Origin: Octopus sinensis
Taxonomy: Eukaryota
Reading direction: 5' to 3'
NCBI RefSeq assembly: GCF_006345805.1
Contig: NC_042998.1
Span: 153,822,001 to 153,886,000, forward strand
DNA: 64,000 nt
Made by a program: the position numbers and the translations under genes. The notes beneath the pieces are model-generated. The model was given only the letters and a program-made list of their open reading frames with translations. It was not told the DNA's origin and ran no database searches. This document shows, one piece after another, positions 11,005-24,908 of this stretch. Positions within the stretch are counted from its first letter, which is position 1, and each line of letters starts with the position of its first letter.

Positions 11005-13576
11005 CCCATTAGTGTTCAGATTCATCTGTCAAATGTAATGCTTATCTGTTCACATTAATTTTTATTTATTCAGATTCAAGTGGGGTGTCCACAATATTTC
11101 CTTGTAACTTTCTTAATTTTCTACATACAGATTTGAAATTTTGTAAATGGGTGCTTATATGCCAGTTACATAATTTTGGCTGATATTTTAGATTAAATTT
11201 GACTTTTATGGGCAGGTAAATTTAATTAATAGGTGTAAAAACAATAACATTATGAATAAACACTAAAATTCATATTCTTAATACATCTTACCTGTTTGAT
11301 TTGTTACTAAAATTATCCCAGATGTTACCTGCCAACAATTTTACATTTTTCAAAATGAGGTACATTAATTTGAATTAATTAAAATACAATTAATTAAAAT
11401 ACTATATTTCATTCAAACGTTTTCATTGAAAATAAAGTACAAAACTCTTTTACTAGTCAATATACCATTTACCAGTCAATATACAATTTAACAAATTCAT
11501 TTACATAACAGAATGCATCTAATAAAAAAAATCTCGTTAACAGGTGAGACAAAGGTAAATACAGGTGTGTATCATACTGAAAATTAATATGTATTTCTCA
11601 CTTTCACATATTATTTACAATAAAATGAAAAGGAATATACAAAATTATATAGTTATGACATATTTCTGTCATGAAACTGCCCAAAGCACCCTTTACACAA
11701 AGGCACTTTGCAAAAGGAACACATATATGAAATTTCAATATGATACCCCTTTGCAGTTTTTCTTTTTTACAGTGAACACAGTCAGCAACTTTTTCCTTCC
11801 ATTTATCTTTTCGACTTTATGAGAGTCAATATTTTCTCTGTGACATCCACCTCAGTTGATTTTGCTTTTCTCCCAGTTCTGTGCTTTCTAGAAGAAAAGC
11901 CCTCATGTAACTGAGATGTGATGTCAACCCAAAATTTCAAATGGTCATAGTCCTTTGGTGACAGAGGTACCTTGTGGCTTTTTACATATATAATATATCA
12001 ATTTACTATAGTTAAATTAACTAAAAACCACAAAATGTACCTCCACCATTTCTTCCCAGGTCAACCAACTGGGTAATATGCCCGATATTGGTTGGATTTA
12101 TCAACCCCACCCATATATTTCTTACAACAAATATTCACTAGGGGTTTCCCCACAGCACCAACACCAGATTGTTCATCAGAAGACAGAAATAAAATCTGTC
12201 ATTGTCTTTGAAAGCAGTAGCTAATAAATTTTCTTTTTGCATTTGTAAAATGTCCCCTCTTTTTTATAATTTTGTTTTCATTTCACAGGGTAAACTTTTA
12301 CGGTTTCCCATAACAATACTGCATATGTAAGTACATACACGAGCAAGATTTTCTGCCAAAGCCACTGAAGAAAAAAAAATAGCCAAAACAGAGGTGTCGG
12401 TGCTGATGGTGAAATGGTTCAGTAAGAGACCATACTACATCATGTCCTAATTCATATGGTCTGTTTCCATTATATTTTTCACCTGTGTAAACATCGAAGT
12501 TTATACAATATCCAGTCTTTGATTCACAAGCTTCCCATACCTTATCCCCCATTTACTAGGTTTGGTAGGCATGTATTGCTGAAAATGTACTCTGCTCTTA
12601 TAGCCTATCATGGCTTCATCTACACTGAGATTTTTCCCAGGTAGATACACAGTTTTATAATTATTAACAAGTAAATCAATTACAGGACATACTTTTTACA
12701 GGGGATCATTTGGGTCATCTTTGCTGGGGGGGCATTAGCAGAATCAGTTAAGTGTAAATATTGAGATATTTTCGAATACCTCATCTTCGACATTATATTT
12801 GAGATATATGGATCACCATACCCTATATCAGGACTCCAGCAGTTCCACAGACAAGGAAGCTGTTTAATATCAAACATAATATTTATTGTGAAAAACGCTC
12901 TCATTTCCGCAGTATAAGTTGGCTGCCATAGTGGATTGTTTCTTCCATGAATAGAAATTAAACATTACACATATTTGTTCGTTTCCTCTGCAACATTTTC
13001 AAAAAAACTTTCAGGTAAAAATAAAAATTGATAGTCCAATGGTTACACTGTGGAGGTAAATTGTGTTGTGGACCAGTGTTTTCTGTGAAATCAGGAATAG
13101 TGATTGGTGTTGTAATCTTTGACCATGTTGCCATGTTTATATAATTTTCATCACTTTCGTTCTCAAAATCTTGGATCACCATTCATCAAACCTTGTCTGA
13201 TGAATAATCACTAATATCGATGTTAGATTCATCTGGAGACAAAATACTCTTGTTTTCATTTATATTTTCTATATCGTCAAAAGTAAAACCTTCAAAGTCA
13301 AAATCGCTACTTGCTGACGCCATTTCTTTAAAAACTAAGGTACAGACTTCTCTTCAAATGTTGAAAAAAACCACGTGGTCTAAACAATTTCACAGTATTT
13401 ATACTTTAATAAAGATGGAAAAAGCTTCATCTCACATTATCTCAAAGCTACAAGAATTCAATAATGTGATTTGTTTATTTTCTTAGCGATTTCGTAAAGC
13501 AGTCGGATATGGCCAGCTTGAACAAATAAAGGGGAATTAATTTTGGCTGATTACAGCCGGTTTGAACACTAAAGGG
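11005..13576 (-). mobile_element. piggyBac transposon, near full length, decayed transposase
   Basis: TIRs cccattagtgttcaga (11005) and the reverse complement of tttgaacactaaaggg (to 13576); TTAA at 13577-80, TTAC at 11001-04. Minus-strand PGBD motifs RAFFTINIMFDIK, RYSKISQYLHL, KVWEACESKTGYCINFDVYTG, and a Cys-rich C-terminus (CSFCKVPLC) at about 11690-11790. Confidence 0.88.
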
Positions 13577-15920
13577 TTAAACTAGATGAGATGCAGTTTG
13601 GTTTTTTTTCCAGGGAGAAGTACCATAGATGCCATTTTCCGTGTGAGGCAGTTGCAAGAAAAGAATTTGGCCAAAAGTGAATCATTGTACTTAGCTTTTG
13701 TTGACCTGAAGAAATCTTTTGACAGGGTTCTCCACTCTATTATCTGGTGGTCTCTAAGGGAGCTAAGAGTAGAGGAGTGGCTTGTGAGAGCTGTACAAGC
13801 CATGTACAGCGATACAGTCAGGAAGATGAGAGTCGGCCATGAATACAGTGATGAATTTAGTGTACAAGTTGGAGTTCACTAGGGATCAGTTCTTAGTCCA
13901 CTCTTATTCATCATAGTTCTCCAGGCCATAAAAGAGGAATACAAAGTCGGATGCCCATGGAAACTGCAATATGCTAATGACCTCACACTTATTGCAGAAT
14001 ATGAAGCAGAACTGGAGAAGTTCCAGGTATGGAAGCAAAACCTGGAATCAATGAGCCTTAAAGTTAACCTAGCAAAAACTAAAGTTGTTGTAGGCAAGAA
14101 AGCAGATAAGGCTCTCTTTCCATCAGGTAATTGGCTCTGCGCAATGTGTAGGAAAGGAATGAGAAATAATTCCATTTGTTGCACCCTGTGTAAGCCACAG
14201 ATGCATAAGAGATGCAGTGGAATCACAGATAGGTTAACAGATAAAGTCACTTTCATGTGTGGCAGATGTGCAAGAAGAATAAGCACTAAGAGCATGCGGG
14301 ACTTAGACTCTCTCAAATGTCCAGGCACCTCTCTTGAGGTTGTAGATATTTTCTGCTACTTAGGTGACCAAAGTAGTGGTGGATGCTCAGAAAGTATCAT
14401 TTCTAGAATAAGAATAGGATGGAGGAGGTTCAGAGAACGACTACCTCAGCTGAAAACAAAAGGACTTTCAGAATGAAAGCTAGATTTTATGTTTGTATAC
14501 GAATGGCTATACTCCCTGGTGGTGAGACATGGGCTCTGAATGTGGAGGACATATGTAGACTGGAGAGGAATGAAGATAGTTCGCTCTGTTGGATTTGTAA
14601 CATCAGTGTACATGGCTGAGAAAGTGCCACTATGTTTGTACCTAACTAAGGTTAGGTATAAGAGGAATTAAATGTGGTATGCAGGAGAGGAGAATTTATT
14701 AGTTTGGACATGTGATGCATATGAGTAAAGGCAACTGTATACAGAAGTACATCATCAAAAGTGGATGGTACCTGTAGAACAGGGTGACTCAGGAAGACAT
14801 GGGATGAAGTGGTGAGGACTGATCTCAGGATATTAGGGCTCATGGAGGAAATGACAATGGACTGAGATGTCTTGAGAAAAGACAACAGCAAAACTGAGTG
14901 CTAGAAGCACTGTGTCCCACCCACATGTAACAATATAAAATTTTTACAACCTACCTCAAGAAACCAAACTACATTTCCTCTTCTAAACTGCATCTTTTTC
15001 TTCCTCACAAACTACAATTGTCTCCCACTCCCCTACCCTGCCCTCACTATCCTGCTCACTGTATTGTTGCTTCCCCACCACCTTTATACCCAAGTTTTCA
15101 CCAGTAACAGCAGCCTCCACTTTCTACTCGTGCCTTCTTGGCAATACCTGGCCATGTACATTATGACCTCCATACCTTGAAAGCATGCCCAGACAACTGC
15201 CAGTATTTATATCTCTCTTCCTTATTCTACCATCCCATCTATGCTCTGATCCTTGTTACTTGTGAGCATACCCTAGCACTTCACTACTATCTCTTTCCTG
15301 CTCTCTTGCACTTTTGCTGTTTCTCTCTCTCTCTCTCCCTTGCTCTTCCTTCTGGCTGGGTAGCCATGTATCTTCTCTACAGCAGCACACCTGTTTCTGT
15401 CCTCTTTCTTGTACCTCTCTATCCCTTTCTTTTTCTCTCTCTCTCTGGCTGGGTAACCATGTACCCCCTCTATAATAAGAAACGCATTTCTGCATCTATT
15501 TCTCTGTCACACTCTAACCTTTCATCATCTGACACAAGGTCACCTCTCCCAATGCCCCCTCCTCTATAGCAAGACATCTGTTTCTGCCTCTCTGTAACCT
15601 TTCATTATCTGATAAAATATCCCCTCCTCTAATGCCTTCTGCCCTCTTGAAATTCCATGACTTGTAAGTTACTTGGTGACCCTGACAGTGATGGGGCCAC
15701 CTAAAAAGCACCCAGTCCACACTGTAAAGTGGTTAGCATTTCAAAGAACATCCAGCTGTAAAAATCAGGCCAAAACTGGCCTCATCAGTATTGGTGCCAT
15801 GTAAAAAACACTCAAAACAGATGCAGTAGCCTGGGGTAGTCTTCCAACTAACCAATTCTTGTCAACTGTACCACCACTCATGCATGCATGGAAGATGGAC
15901 ATTAAACAACAATGATGATG
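13577..15920 (+). mobile_element. RTE-clade LINE, 3' part (continuation of 9330-11004)
   Basis: Resumes RIKLDEMQFGF across the TTAA; GRSTIDAIF, FVDLKKSFDRV, VGVH, PHD-like finger, FCYLGD; 3' tail ending gatgatg. Confidence 0.9.
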
Positions 15921-16489
15921 ATATATATAGATATATATATACATACATAAATATACAGACACACTCAAACACATACACACACACATATGTGTGTGTGTGT
16001 ATATACATACAAATATATAGTTGAAAAGGGGTTAAGAGTCCATACAAATAAAAAATTATGGTTAAAAAAATTAATTAAGTTGGAAAAGACACAAAAGGAT
16101 ATTTTAGAGAATGTTTAATATTTTTGTTACAGTGGTTTTCATGTATTCATCTCATCAAATATTAAAAATAATTTTTTTGGAAGTCAAAGAGAAAAAAAAG
16201 TTGGGTGTTAATCCATGTTTTAGTGTATTGTGAAATTTTACTTTAGAGTCACTTCTTATATATGTTTGAGGTGGGGTTCAAGAGTTCAAGTTTCAGGAAT
16301 TTTATTGAAAAGAAGTCTTTTGAACTGAATAGTAGTTTCTATTCAGGATATGGCCAGCTGTGTGTGTGTGTGTGTTTGGAATATATTGTCAAAACATTTT
16401 TCTTTTTTTCTATTGAGAAAATATGGTCAATGGTTCAGTGGGGTTTTTTTTGGATAGATGTAATTTGTCATTGCCAATTTTAAGGAGCA

Positions 16490-18370
16490 TTTCCAAAAAC
16501 TGGGTTGTAGTCTGACCAGTCTGTTGATGATGAGTTGTTTCAATTGGACATGTAACCAAAGGAGGGATTTTTTAAGGCAGACATTAAATTCATCAGTGGG
16601 TGGTCCTTTGGGTATGATAGGCAGAGTTTGTCAAAAATCTCCTGCAAAAAGTAGAATCGCACCTCCAACGATGTTGTTCAATCTAAGGTCACTCATTATG
16701 ATATCAAGTACTTGTAGGGAACTTTTATAGGACATAGTTGCTTCATCCCAATCAATGAGTTAGCACTTTTTCAAAATTGTCACTTCGTCCAAGGAATGCA
16801 TTATGTGACAGGTTGAGTTTTCTTGATGTGCTACATTGAAAGGGAATCTGAAGGTAGAGTGTGCTGTTCGTCTGCCATTGAGAAGAGTTGAGGCTATTCC
16901 TGAGGAGACAACAGTAATAGCAAGATCACCAATATGCTGCAACTTTGCAATTAGAAGATTCAGGAGGAATGTTTTTCCAGTTCCACCGGGTGCATTTAAG
17001 ATGATTCCACCAGTGTGTGTGGGTGTAGATGTTTCTGAGAACAAAATTGTATACGTCAGCTTGATCGCAATTCAGAAGGGGCTCATTGTCAGCATTGTAC
17101 TGTTTCAGTTTGTGGATGTTATAGGATATTTCTCTGAAAATGAAGCAATTGAGATAGGAGTTTTCATTTGTCTGGAGTACTGAGAGAATATGTGTCCAAT
17201 GGTTGACCTCCAATTGCCATAACCAAGTCTTCCGAGAGAAGAAGCTCTCTGCTAAATGGCAGGGGTAGTGGGAGTGTCCATAATACCTATGATTTGGCAA
17301 GTCTGCTGCAAAATATCATGGCACATTGAGTCTTTGTATTTATTCCGTAGTGAATGTGGCTGTCACATTGCAGAAAACCAGCATTATTGCAAAAAGGTGT
17401 CAGAGCGTATATGAAGAACGACACAGAGAGTGCATTATTATATTGATCATCTGTATCCAAAAGTTTGGAGCAGGCATCTTTGAAGTGCCGCATAAATGGG
17501 TGTCCACTGTGCGAAGGACATCAAAGGAGGTTGGTCACTTAATGACATGAAACAAGAGCTGCAGATGGAAGCAGTTGGTGTTCAAGGGGTGAACTGTGTA
17601 GACACGTCCGATTGTGCCATCTTTGTACACGGTTGGATCCAACTATGTAGGCTGGCCTTGTTTTTGCCGTTGCTACTGGGAAGGTGATTAATTCCATGTA
17701 TAATAATGTGGTACTTCAGTTTACAAAACAGACTCTGTGAAGGGGTCGACTTTGCATAGATGAAAGAAAGTCGTGAGAGTGGTCTTTGGTGCGGCAACTG
17801 TTTGTTGAATGAGGTTGTTTTCTGTGAAGTAAATTCGCTGCCTATTTTCCAAATGAACACCGAGATGAATCACAGGAGGGTATTGTTCATGACTTGGGCC
17901 TAAGGTTCTCCATATGGCTTCATTGGTGGATATGTGGTGTCCAGTTTCGAAAAGAGTCACTTGATCATTTGTGAAATCTGTTTATCATGTAGATTTTATT
18001 TGGAAAACAGCTCTGTCTGATTCTTTCGTAATGTACTTGCATACATAACATATATAGATTTGCCACAATTACAGAATTCTATGTTGATGTGTGCATGAAA
18101 AGTTTTGCAGAGCATCTTGTCAGCCAACTGTCAACCAAAAAAGTGTAGTGAGGGATACAAATGTAAGGGAGAAAATCAATTTCTGAATGTTACTTTGCAA
18201 AGAGTTACTTCCTTTGTCCACAACAGTCACGTACAACAGAAATGGAGGTTTTTCTGACCCATTCCGACCCATTACTCCATAAGTGAAAAATCTAAAGAGT
18301 GTAGAACCATCTGTGGAACATAACTGATGTATGTGCGAAGTGTGAAGGAAATCGGATTAACAATATTGAT
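16490..18370 (-). mobile_element. Second Helitron Rep/helicase remnant
   Basis: FHAHINIEFC; EAIWRT..YPPVIHLGVHLENRQRIYF; ILNAPGGTGKTFL; SSGIASTLLNGRRTAHSTFRFP; AGDF-QTLPII. Confidence 0.9.
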
Positions 18371-18437
18371 TTTAAGTGAGTTCAACTAAATGGCCTGTCA
18401 CACACACACACACACATATGTACATATACATATATAT

Positions 18438-18471
<34 letters not shown>

Positions 18472-18541
18472 ATATATATATATATATATACATACATATA
18501 TGCATATATATATCTATATATATATATATATATATATACAT

Positions 18542-18572
<31 letters not shown>

Positions 18573-18589
18573 CATACATATATACATAC

Positions 18590-19760
18590 ATAAGTCATCT
18601 CATAAGTTCTGTCCAATTTTACCTTTTTTAAAATGGAAAGAAATTTAATAGTATTTTACAATGTCTAATGGAATTAAAAATTATTTTTATGCATTTGTGT
18701 ACATTTAACCTAATTAAATATTATTTTACAGAATAATTCTATGATTAAAACCCTTTCTAACATGGAAGTATCCAAAGGGTATTTGAGGCACATAATGCTT
18801 TATGAGTACAAAAAAGGAATCTCTGCAGCTGAAGCAACTTGAAACAGATGCTCAGTTTATGGGAAAGAATGCTTGAATGAAAGAACTTTCAGCCTTAAAA
18901 ATTAAGATCGAACAGGATGTCCAGCCAGTTGAATTTGATGATAAGCTCCTTGAGTCATTACTTGAAGAAAATCCTGCATTATCAGTTGAAGAACTGGCAA
19001 TAAAGCTTATTTCAAACCATACAACTGTTCATCGTCATCTTCAACAACTTGGAAAGGTTCCTAATCTTGGAAAATTGGTGTCTCATGAATTGTTCGAAAG
19101 CAACGGCAAATTCCGAGTTTACATCTGATCTTCTCTTTATTCTCGTGAACTCACTTCACCCTTTCTTTTTTTTTTTGTAACTGGTGATGAAAAATGGATC
19201 TTTTATCGAAATGTTAAATGTCGTAAACAATGGCTTGGTAAAAGGGAAAAAGCTCAACCACAACCAAGAAGAGAACTTCATGGGGAAAAGGTTCTTCTCT
19301 CTATCTGGTGGCATTGCCAAGGAGTAATTCACTTTGAATTGATACCACCTAATGCAACAATCAATGCTCAAGTCTACTGTCAGCAATTAGTGCGTTTGAA
19401 CCAAGCTTTGAGGCAAAAAAGACCGGCTTTAGTGAATCAAAAAAGAGTGATGTTTCATCAGGACAATGCGTGACCCCACACTGCAAAGATCACATCACAG
19501 AAGAGCAAAGAGCTTGGTTGGGGAAAAATTCCTCATCCACCTTATTTTCTCGGCCTTGCTCCTTCAAACTACTGTTTCTTTTGTAGCTTACAGAATCATT
19601 TGGGGGACATAACTTCCATAAACCAGGTGGAGGTCGAAACTGACATTTCAGAGTTCTTCGCTTTGAAACCAAAATAGTTTTTACATTGATGGGATTAAAA
19701 AGCTTGTAAATAGATGGAAGGAAGTGATAGATAATCAGGGAATGGACATTGATGATTAAA
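18590..19760 (+). mobile_element. Mariner transposon (D,D34D type), decayed
   Basis: MEVSKGYLRHIMLYEYKKG from 18761; LVSHEL; VTGDEKWIFY; HQDNA; PHPPYFLGLAPSNY (degenerate YSPDLAPSD). Confidence 0.92.
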
Positions 19761-19810
19761 TTTCAATTAAATATAACATGTTATATTTACACCTGTTATT
19801 AAATATAACA

Positions 19811-19983
19811 TAGGTGTAGGAGTGGCTGTGTGGTAAGTAGCTTGATTACCAACCACATGGTTCTGGGTTCAGTCCCACTGCATGGCACCTTGGGCAAGTA
19901 TCTTTTACTATAGCCTCGGGCCGACCAAAGCCTTGTGAGTGGATTTGGTAGACAGAAACTGAAAGAAGCCTGTCGTATATATG

Positions 19984-20042
<59 letters not shown>

Positions 20043-20258
20043 ATGTTTGTGTGTCTGTGTTTGTCCCCCCAACATCGCTTGACAACCGATGCTGGTGTGT
20101 TTATGTCCCCGTAACTTAGCGGTTCGGCAAAAGAGACCGATAGAATAAGTACTAGGCTTACAAAAGAATAAGTCCTGGGGTCGATTTGCTTGACTAAAAG
20201 GTGGTGCTCCAGCATGACCACAGTCAAATGACTGAAACAAGTAAAAGAATAAAGAGTA
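19811..20258 (+). mobile_element. Full-length tRNA-headed SINE with internal (TG)n
   Basis: A box tggctgtgtggt, B box gggttcagtcc; 3' part ends ggtgctccagcatg...actgaaacaagtaaaagaata. Partial copies at 39355-39570 (+), 54485-54690 (-) and 58565-58882 (-). Confidence 0.88.
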
Positions 20259-20367
20259 TTTGATCACTTGTTTTCTTTATTCAAAATTCGAGCAGAACTT
20301 GTGGGATCACCTGATACATATTACACAGACACATATATATACACAGATATATAAATATATGTGTGTG

Positions 20368-20409
<42 letters not shown>

Positions 20410-21205
20410 CATACATACACATAAATATATGTATATACTGCTACCAGTCCATAAACCCAGTTCTACTAAACAAGACACTAATATTTGTTAAGAGCAACTC
20501 CATAGATATGATTTTGGCTGCTATGACCACTATAATAGAATACAGAGTCAAGCTCTGGATTTGATCAGACAGAGCTGACTCATTTAACACAACAATGGGG
20601 TCTATTGACTCTGCCCAAAACACGGATATAGTAAGCATACAGCTATTATCACAAATAGAATCTTGGCTGCTGAGCGGGGGGGGGGAGAGTTTATAGAGAT
20701 GACACATTGTTCACTATACAAAAGTAGTAGTAATGTAGAAATAGAAAAATGCAAGAAATAACTTTTTTAATTCTTTAAGAACTTTGGATTAGAAAGTAGT
20801 AAAATTCCTAAACATAAAGCTTAGCCTCATTGATGGCAAGTTTGAACCGTTCCATAAGCTGAATGATAACTTAAAATATGTGAGCTGAGGATCCAATCAC
20901 CAAGATCATATAATGTGAAACAGCCCAAGAAGCGTGGGCAATAGAATATCCAGACTATCCACAAATGAATGGGTATTTAATATGCACACTGAATGTTACA
21001 ACTCAGTACCGGCTACAGTATAGTATAAGTATAGTATAGTTTATATACAGAATAAGACAGAGAAAGCACGATATCCAGAGGGCATTATTGATAGTGGGGA
21101 TAATCATATAACTGCAGAATACCAGAACCTAGAACAATAGTAAATATAATAGGGGTCAAAAGGGAAAGAAAAACTCATAACACTAAAAGTGCTATATATA
21201 TATAT

Positions 21206-21332
21206 GGCGTTAGGAAGGGCATCCAGCTGTAGAAACTCTGCCAGATCAGACTGGAGTCTGGTGCGCCAGACCTGTCAAATCGTCCAACCCATGCTAGCAT
21301 GGAAAGCAGACGTTAAATGATGATGATGATAT
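21206..21332 (+). mobile_element. Extreme 3' tail of RTE inserted in the PLE
   Basis: ggcgttaggaagggcatccagctgtagaaac...ccaacccatgctagcatggaaagcagacgttaaatgatgatgatg, near-identical to the tails at 9055-9195 and 32500-32645. Confidence 0.85.
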
Positions 21333-22684
21333 ATATATAATAGAACCCGTGAAACTACAGCCAAAGTTAGAAAGAAGTGCACTGTTAAACACTAATAGCA
21401 ATAACGATAACAAAGCAGCAAAATACTCTAACAAGCCCAATAGATATATTAAAAATGAAAAAATAACTGATGAAATTATATGGTTTAACACAATCTTCAA
21501 TTCACTTCCCAAGATCTTCCAAATATCACAAAATCATCAACAGACATTATGTAAAATTAGCATATGTGACCTCTCACAATCTAGAATACCACATACACAA
21601 ACTAAATAGCTTAAAACTAAACAGAATAAAACTGGAGGGGAAATACAAAGCAACCACAGCTAGTAACACTGTATATGGCAATGGGATGGTTGCTCGTAGG
21701 AGTAATAAAAGCTCATCAATAGTAAAAAGGATCCAAACAACATTACACAATTAAAGGTACAATCTATACATAAAGAAAATAATTACAGGAAGAAGAAGAG
21801 GACCACCATCGGAAAAACAGAAAAAATATCATGTGTAACTGCAGATGTAAAGAGGAATGCAGATTTAACAACTACATGATAAGGAATGCAGTGTACAAAT
21901 ATAAGGCGAAGACAGGTATGCAAATATACATGTACATAGGTGGCGCTGCAGACCCCATGAAAAAGTCATCATCATTTTCCAATATAAATAAAAGGCATTC
22001 CACATCTCTATCAAACTCCATCTGGTGGCTGAAACAGAATGGAGTGGATCACACCCATTGGCCCATTATTAAAAATGCTGCACCATATAATGGAATATCA
22101 TAGGTATTCAACTTATGCCTAGAAGAAAACCTGGAAATCATCACATCTGCGGAAAATGTATTAAATAGGCACTCTGAAGTGATCATATGTAAACATAAGA
22201 ACAAAACGCTATTTCTGGAATTTGAAAAAAATATTTTGTAATGAAATAACACATTATAGAACAGGGAAGGAACCCAAACAAATAAACCAGCCAATATTTA
22301 GGATGTTATACACTATACCACCAGAAACAATGAAAAGGTCCATAAGAAAGTGTTGTTTATCAATTCAGTCAATAAACACCAACAGCTGGTGGCTGTAGTA
22401 GCAGTACCAGATGACATATTGACATCAGAATTCATTTAAGGTTGTCATGCCTTAAACAAAATCAAATGAAAGTATGTGCTACCCATCTTTGACATCTGCT
22501 GAATGAATAGCAAAATAACACCACCACATACACCTCCATCCCCATATAACTACCATTCCTTCTCTTTCTATCACCTTCCCCTCCTCCCCACCAAATATAC
22601 ACAGAAATACCCATATAACCTGCTTAACCTTCATACTGGTAAAAATTGATATGCATCCCTCTGTTGTACATCCATTAATGTTAT

Positions 22685-22764
22685 ATCACCTGAAGAAATG
22701 AATCCATGAAGATGATCAACCCAATGGACTGCACTGTAATCATCCCAGAAATATGGATTGTGAT
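22685..22764 (+). ncRNA. Candidate type I hammerhead motif in PLE tail
   Basis: atcac-CTGAAGA-(51 nt, weak stem II)-GAAA-tatgga-TT-gtgat; perfect core and 5-bp stem I, but stem II is poorly formed. Confidence 0.4.
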
Positions 22765-24693
22765 CTTAAGCAACATGTGACTTGTGGAAATGCACATAGC
22801 AATGCATTAAATGTTTATAAATTCCATGCAAAGATTATTGTTAATATATTTATACTACATTATATCAGTACTGCTCGATGCAACTCTGAAAAACGTATTC
22901 ACCGGTCAGCATCATTAGACTGAGGCTGGCATAATAGAATAGGAGCTTTATTTGCATATTCAAAACTTTTCCCATAAACAAATTTAAAAGATATGTATAC
23001 ATACACACACACACACCTATGTATATATTCTTTTATTCCTTTATTTATTTCAGTCATGTGGCTGTGATCATGCTGGAGCACCACTCTGATTTTGCACTTT
23101 TACTTATGATTCACCATTGACTGATTTCTTCAGGGTGAGGCACTCCTGTATGTGCCTTTGTCCCATTCAATGTATGAGGGAACTTGACTCTGCTGCTCTC
23201 ACCCATACCTCATACAGAGCCATCAGTTCATCTGCTATTATGGAGAGGAGAATATCTTGTTCCTTTTTGAAGACACCCACATCCATATTGTGTAAGCTTC
23301 TTAATTTTTGTGGTAGGGCATTAAGAAGATGTGGGCCTTTGAATCCTGAGCTATTGCAGTATCTAGTCTTGAACGTAGATGGAATGGGAAGTACTTTTAG
23401 TAAAATACAATAACATCCAGTTTGGGCATTTGTAAAATACTCGATGCTGAAATTAGGTACTAGCCCTTCCACAGTTTTCCATATATAGATTATTACATAT
23501 CTGATAGGCCTTCACACTAGGGAGTAAAGTAAAAGTTTTTTCAGCCTCTCCCTGCAGTTCATCTGCTGCGCTGTTACAATCTTTTTAGTGCCTCAATCTC
23601 CACTTTTAGTTAGGCACTGTGCTGACTGTGGTTGAAAGCAGTAGTCCAGGCAGCTGAGAACAAAGGTCCTCCACAGGGTCAACATATCTTCTTGGTCTCT
23701 TGTCCTTAAGGACCTTAGTATCCACCCTTCTAGTTGTCTCCCCTTCTGTAATGTGCAATTGAAATGATGCATCATTGCACTTACTGATCCCCAAGTTTTT
23801 CACTGCCTATGATTTAGGGATTGCAGTGTCTTCAAGTCCTGTATATGCATGCTGCAGTGCATTTGTAAGCTGATAGTGTTAGTGTTTGAAACTTTCCAGA
23901 GTTAAACTGCATGTCAGCTTGTATATTGCATTCAGATCCTGCTGTAAGGTTGTAACATCACTTCGATTTTTCACTGCCTGAGATTATTTTGTATCATTGG
24001 CACAGCTAATGACAGTGACTGTCTCAGTGACCATGAGCATGTTCGAGAGAGCTATTATAAACAGTAATGACCCCAACACAGTTCCCTGGGGAACACCTCT
24101 TAGAAGTTGAATTTTCTCAGAAAGGGAACCATTGGCTTTAACTGTCTGACTCCTGTCTTTAAGGAAGTCCTGCAGTCACTCTCCTAGTTTACCAACAATG
24201 TCATGGTCTCACAGCTTGTTACATATCATACCAGGATCGACCTTATGAAAGGCTTTTATATATCACATTAACATTGAATGGTCAAACAGCTGTTTCAAAA
24301 CCCAGTCATAGTGCTGTAAGAGCTGTGTGTGGCAGCATCTTCCTGGACATAGGCCATACTGTGGGTTGTTCAGTAAGATGTTTTCTTCTAGGAACATTAT
24401 CAGTTTCTTTCTGATGATTTGTTCCAGAGAGATTGCCCTGTAGTTTTTGGCCTCTGCTCTGCTTCCACCTTTGTTGAAGTTTACCACTTGCAAGAATAAT
24501 TCTGGGAAAGTATCTGAAGTGGTTTCATGAAAGCCTACGTACATGACTTCAAGAGAATAGCTGGGAAGCCATCAGCACTAGTGGCTGAGCCTTGAGCTCA
24601 TTTCATTTAAAGCCAGTTACACTTGCCTCCTCAATATTGATGTAATCGATGGTTGGCATCTTTGTTTGCAGAGCTACAATATTAACCCTTTAG

Positions 24694-24900
24694 GCAGTGA
24701 GCTGGCAGGTGAAATGCTTAGTGGCATTTCTTCTACCTTTACGTTCTGAGTTCAAATTCCACCGAGGCCAACTTTGCCTCCTTTCGGGGTCTATTAAGTA
24801 AGTACCAGTTACACACTGGGGGTCGATGTAATCGACTTAATCCCTTTGTCTGTCCCCTCTATGTTTACCACCACCCTTCTCTGTGGGCAATAAAGAAATA
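24694..24900 (+). mobile_element. tRNA-headed SINE (second family) with 16-bp TSD
   Basis: B box-like gagttcaaattcc; central ctttcggggtc..taagtaccag segment resembling Deu/Nin-type SINE domains (recollection); TSD aatattaaccctttag at 24678-93 and 24901-16. Reverse copy at 53715-53945. Confidence 0.85.
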
Positions 24901-24908
24901 AATATTAA

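Larger units (their letters stand above)
20450..22770 (+). mobile_element. Penelope-like element remnant (RT, GIY-YIG, 3' tail)
   Basis: FNTTMGSIDSAQ, YRDD, FLNIKLSL..PFHKLND..SNH (PLE RT); IIWFN; CNCRCKEECR..AVY..YIGG; LCLEENLEII..VLNRHSE (GIY-YIG C-terminus). Confidence 0.85.

Noticed and set aside
19811-19885. tRNA-like A/B boxes
   Set aside because: Head of a SINE; no complete cloverleaf or terminator.
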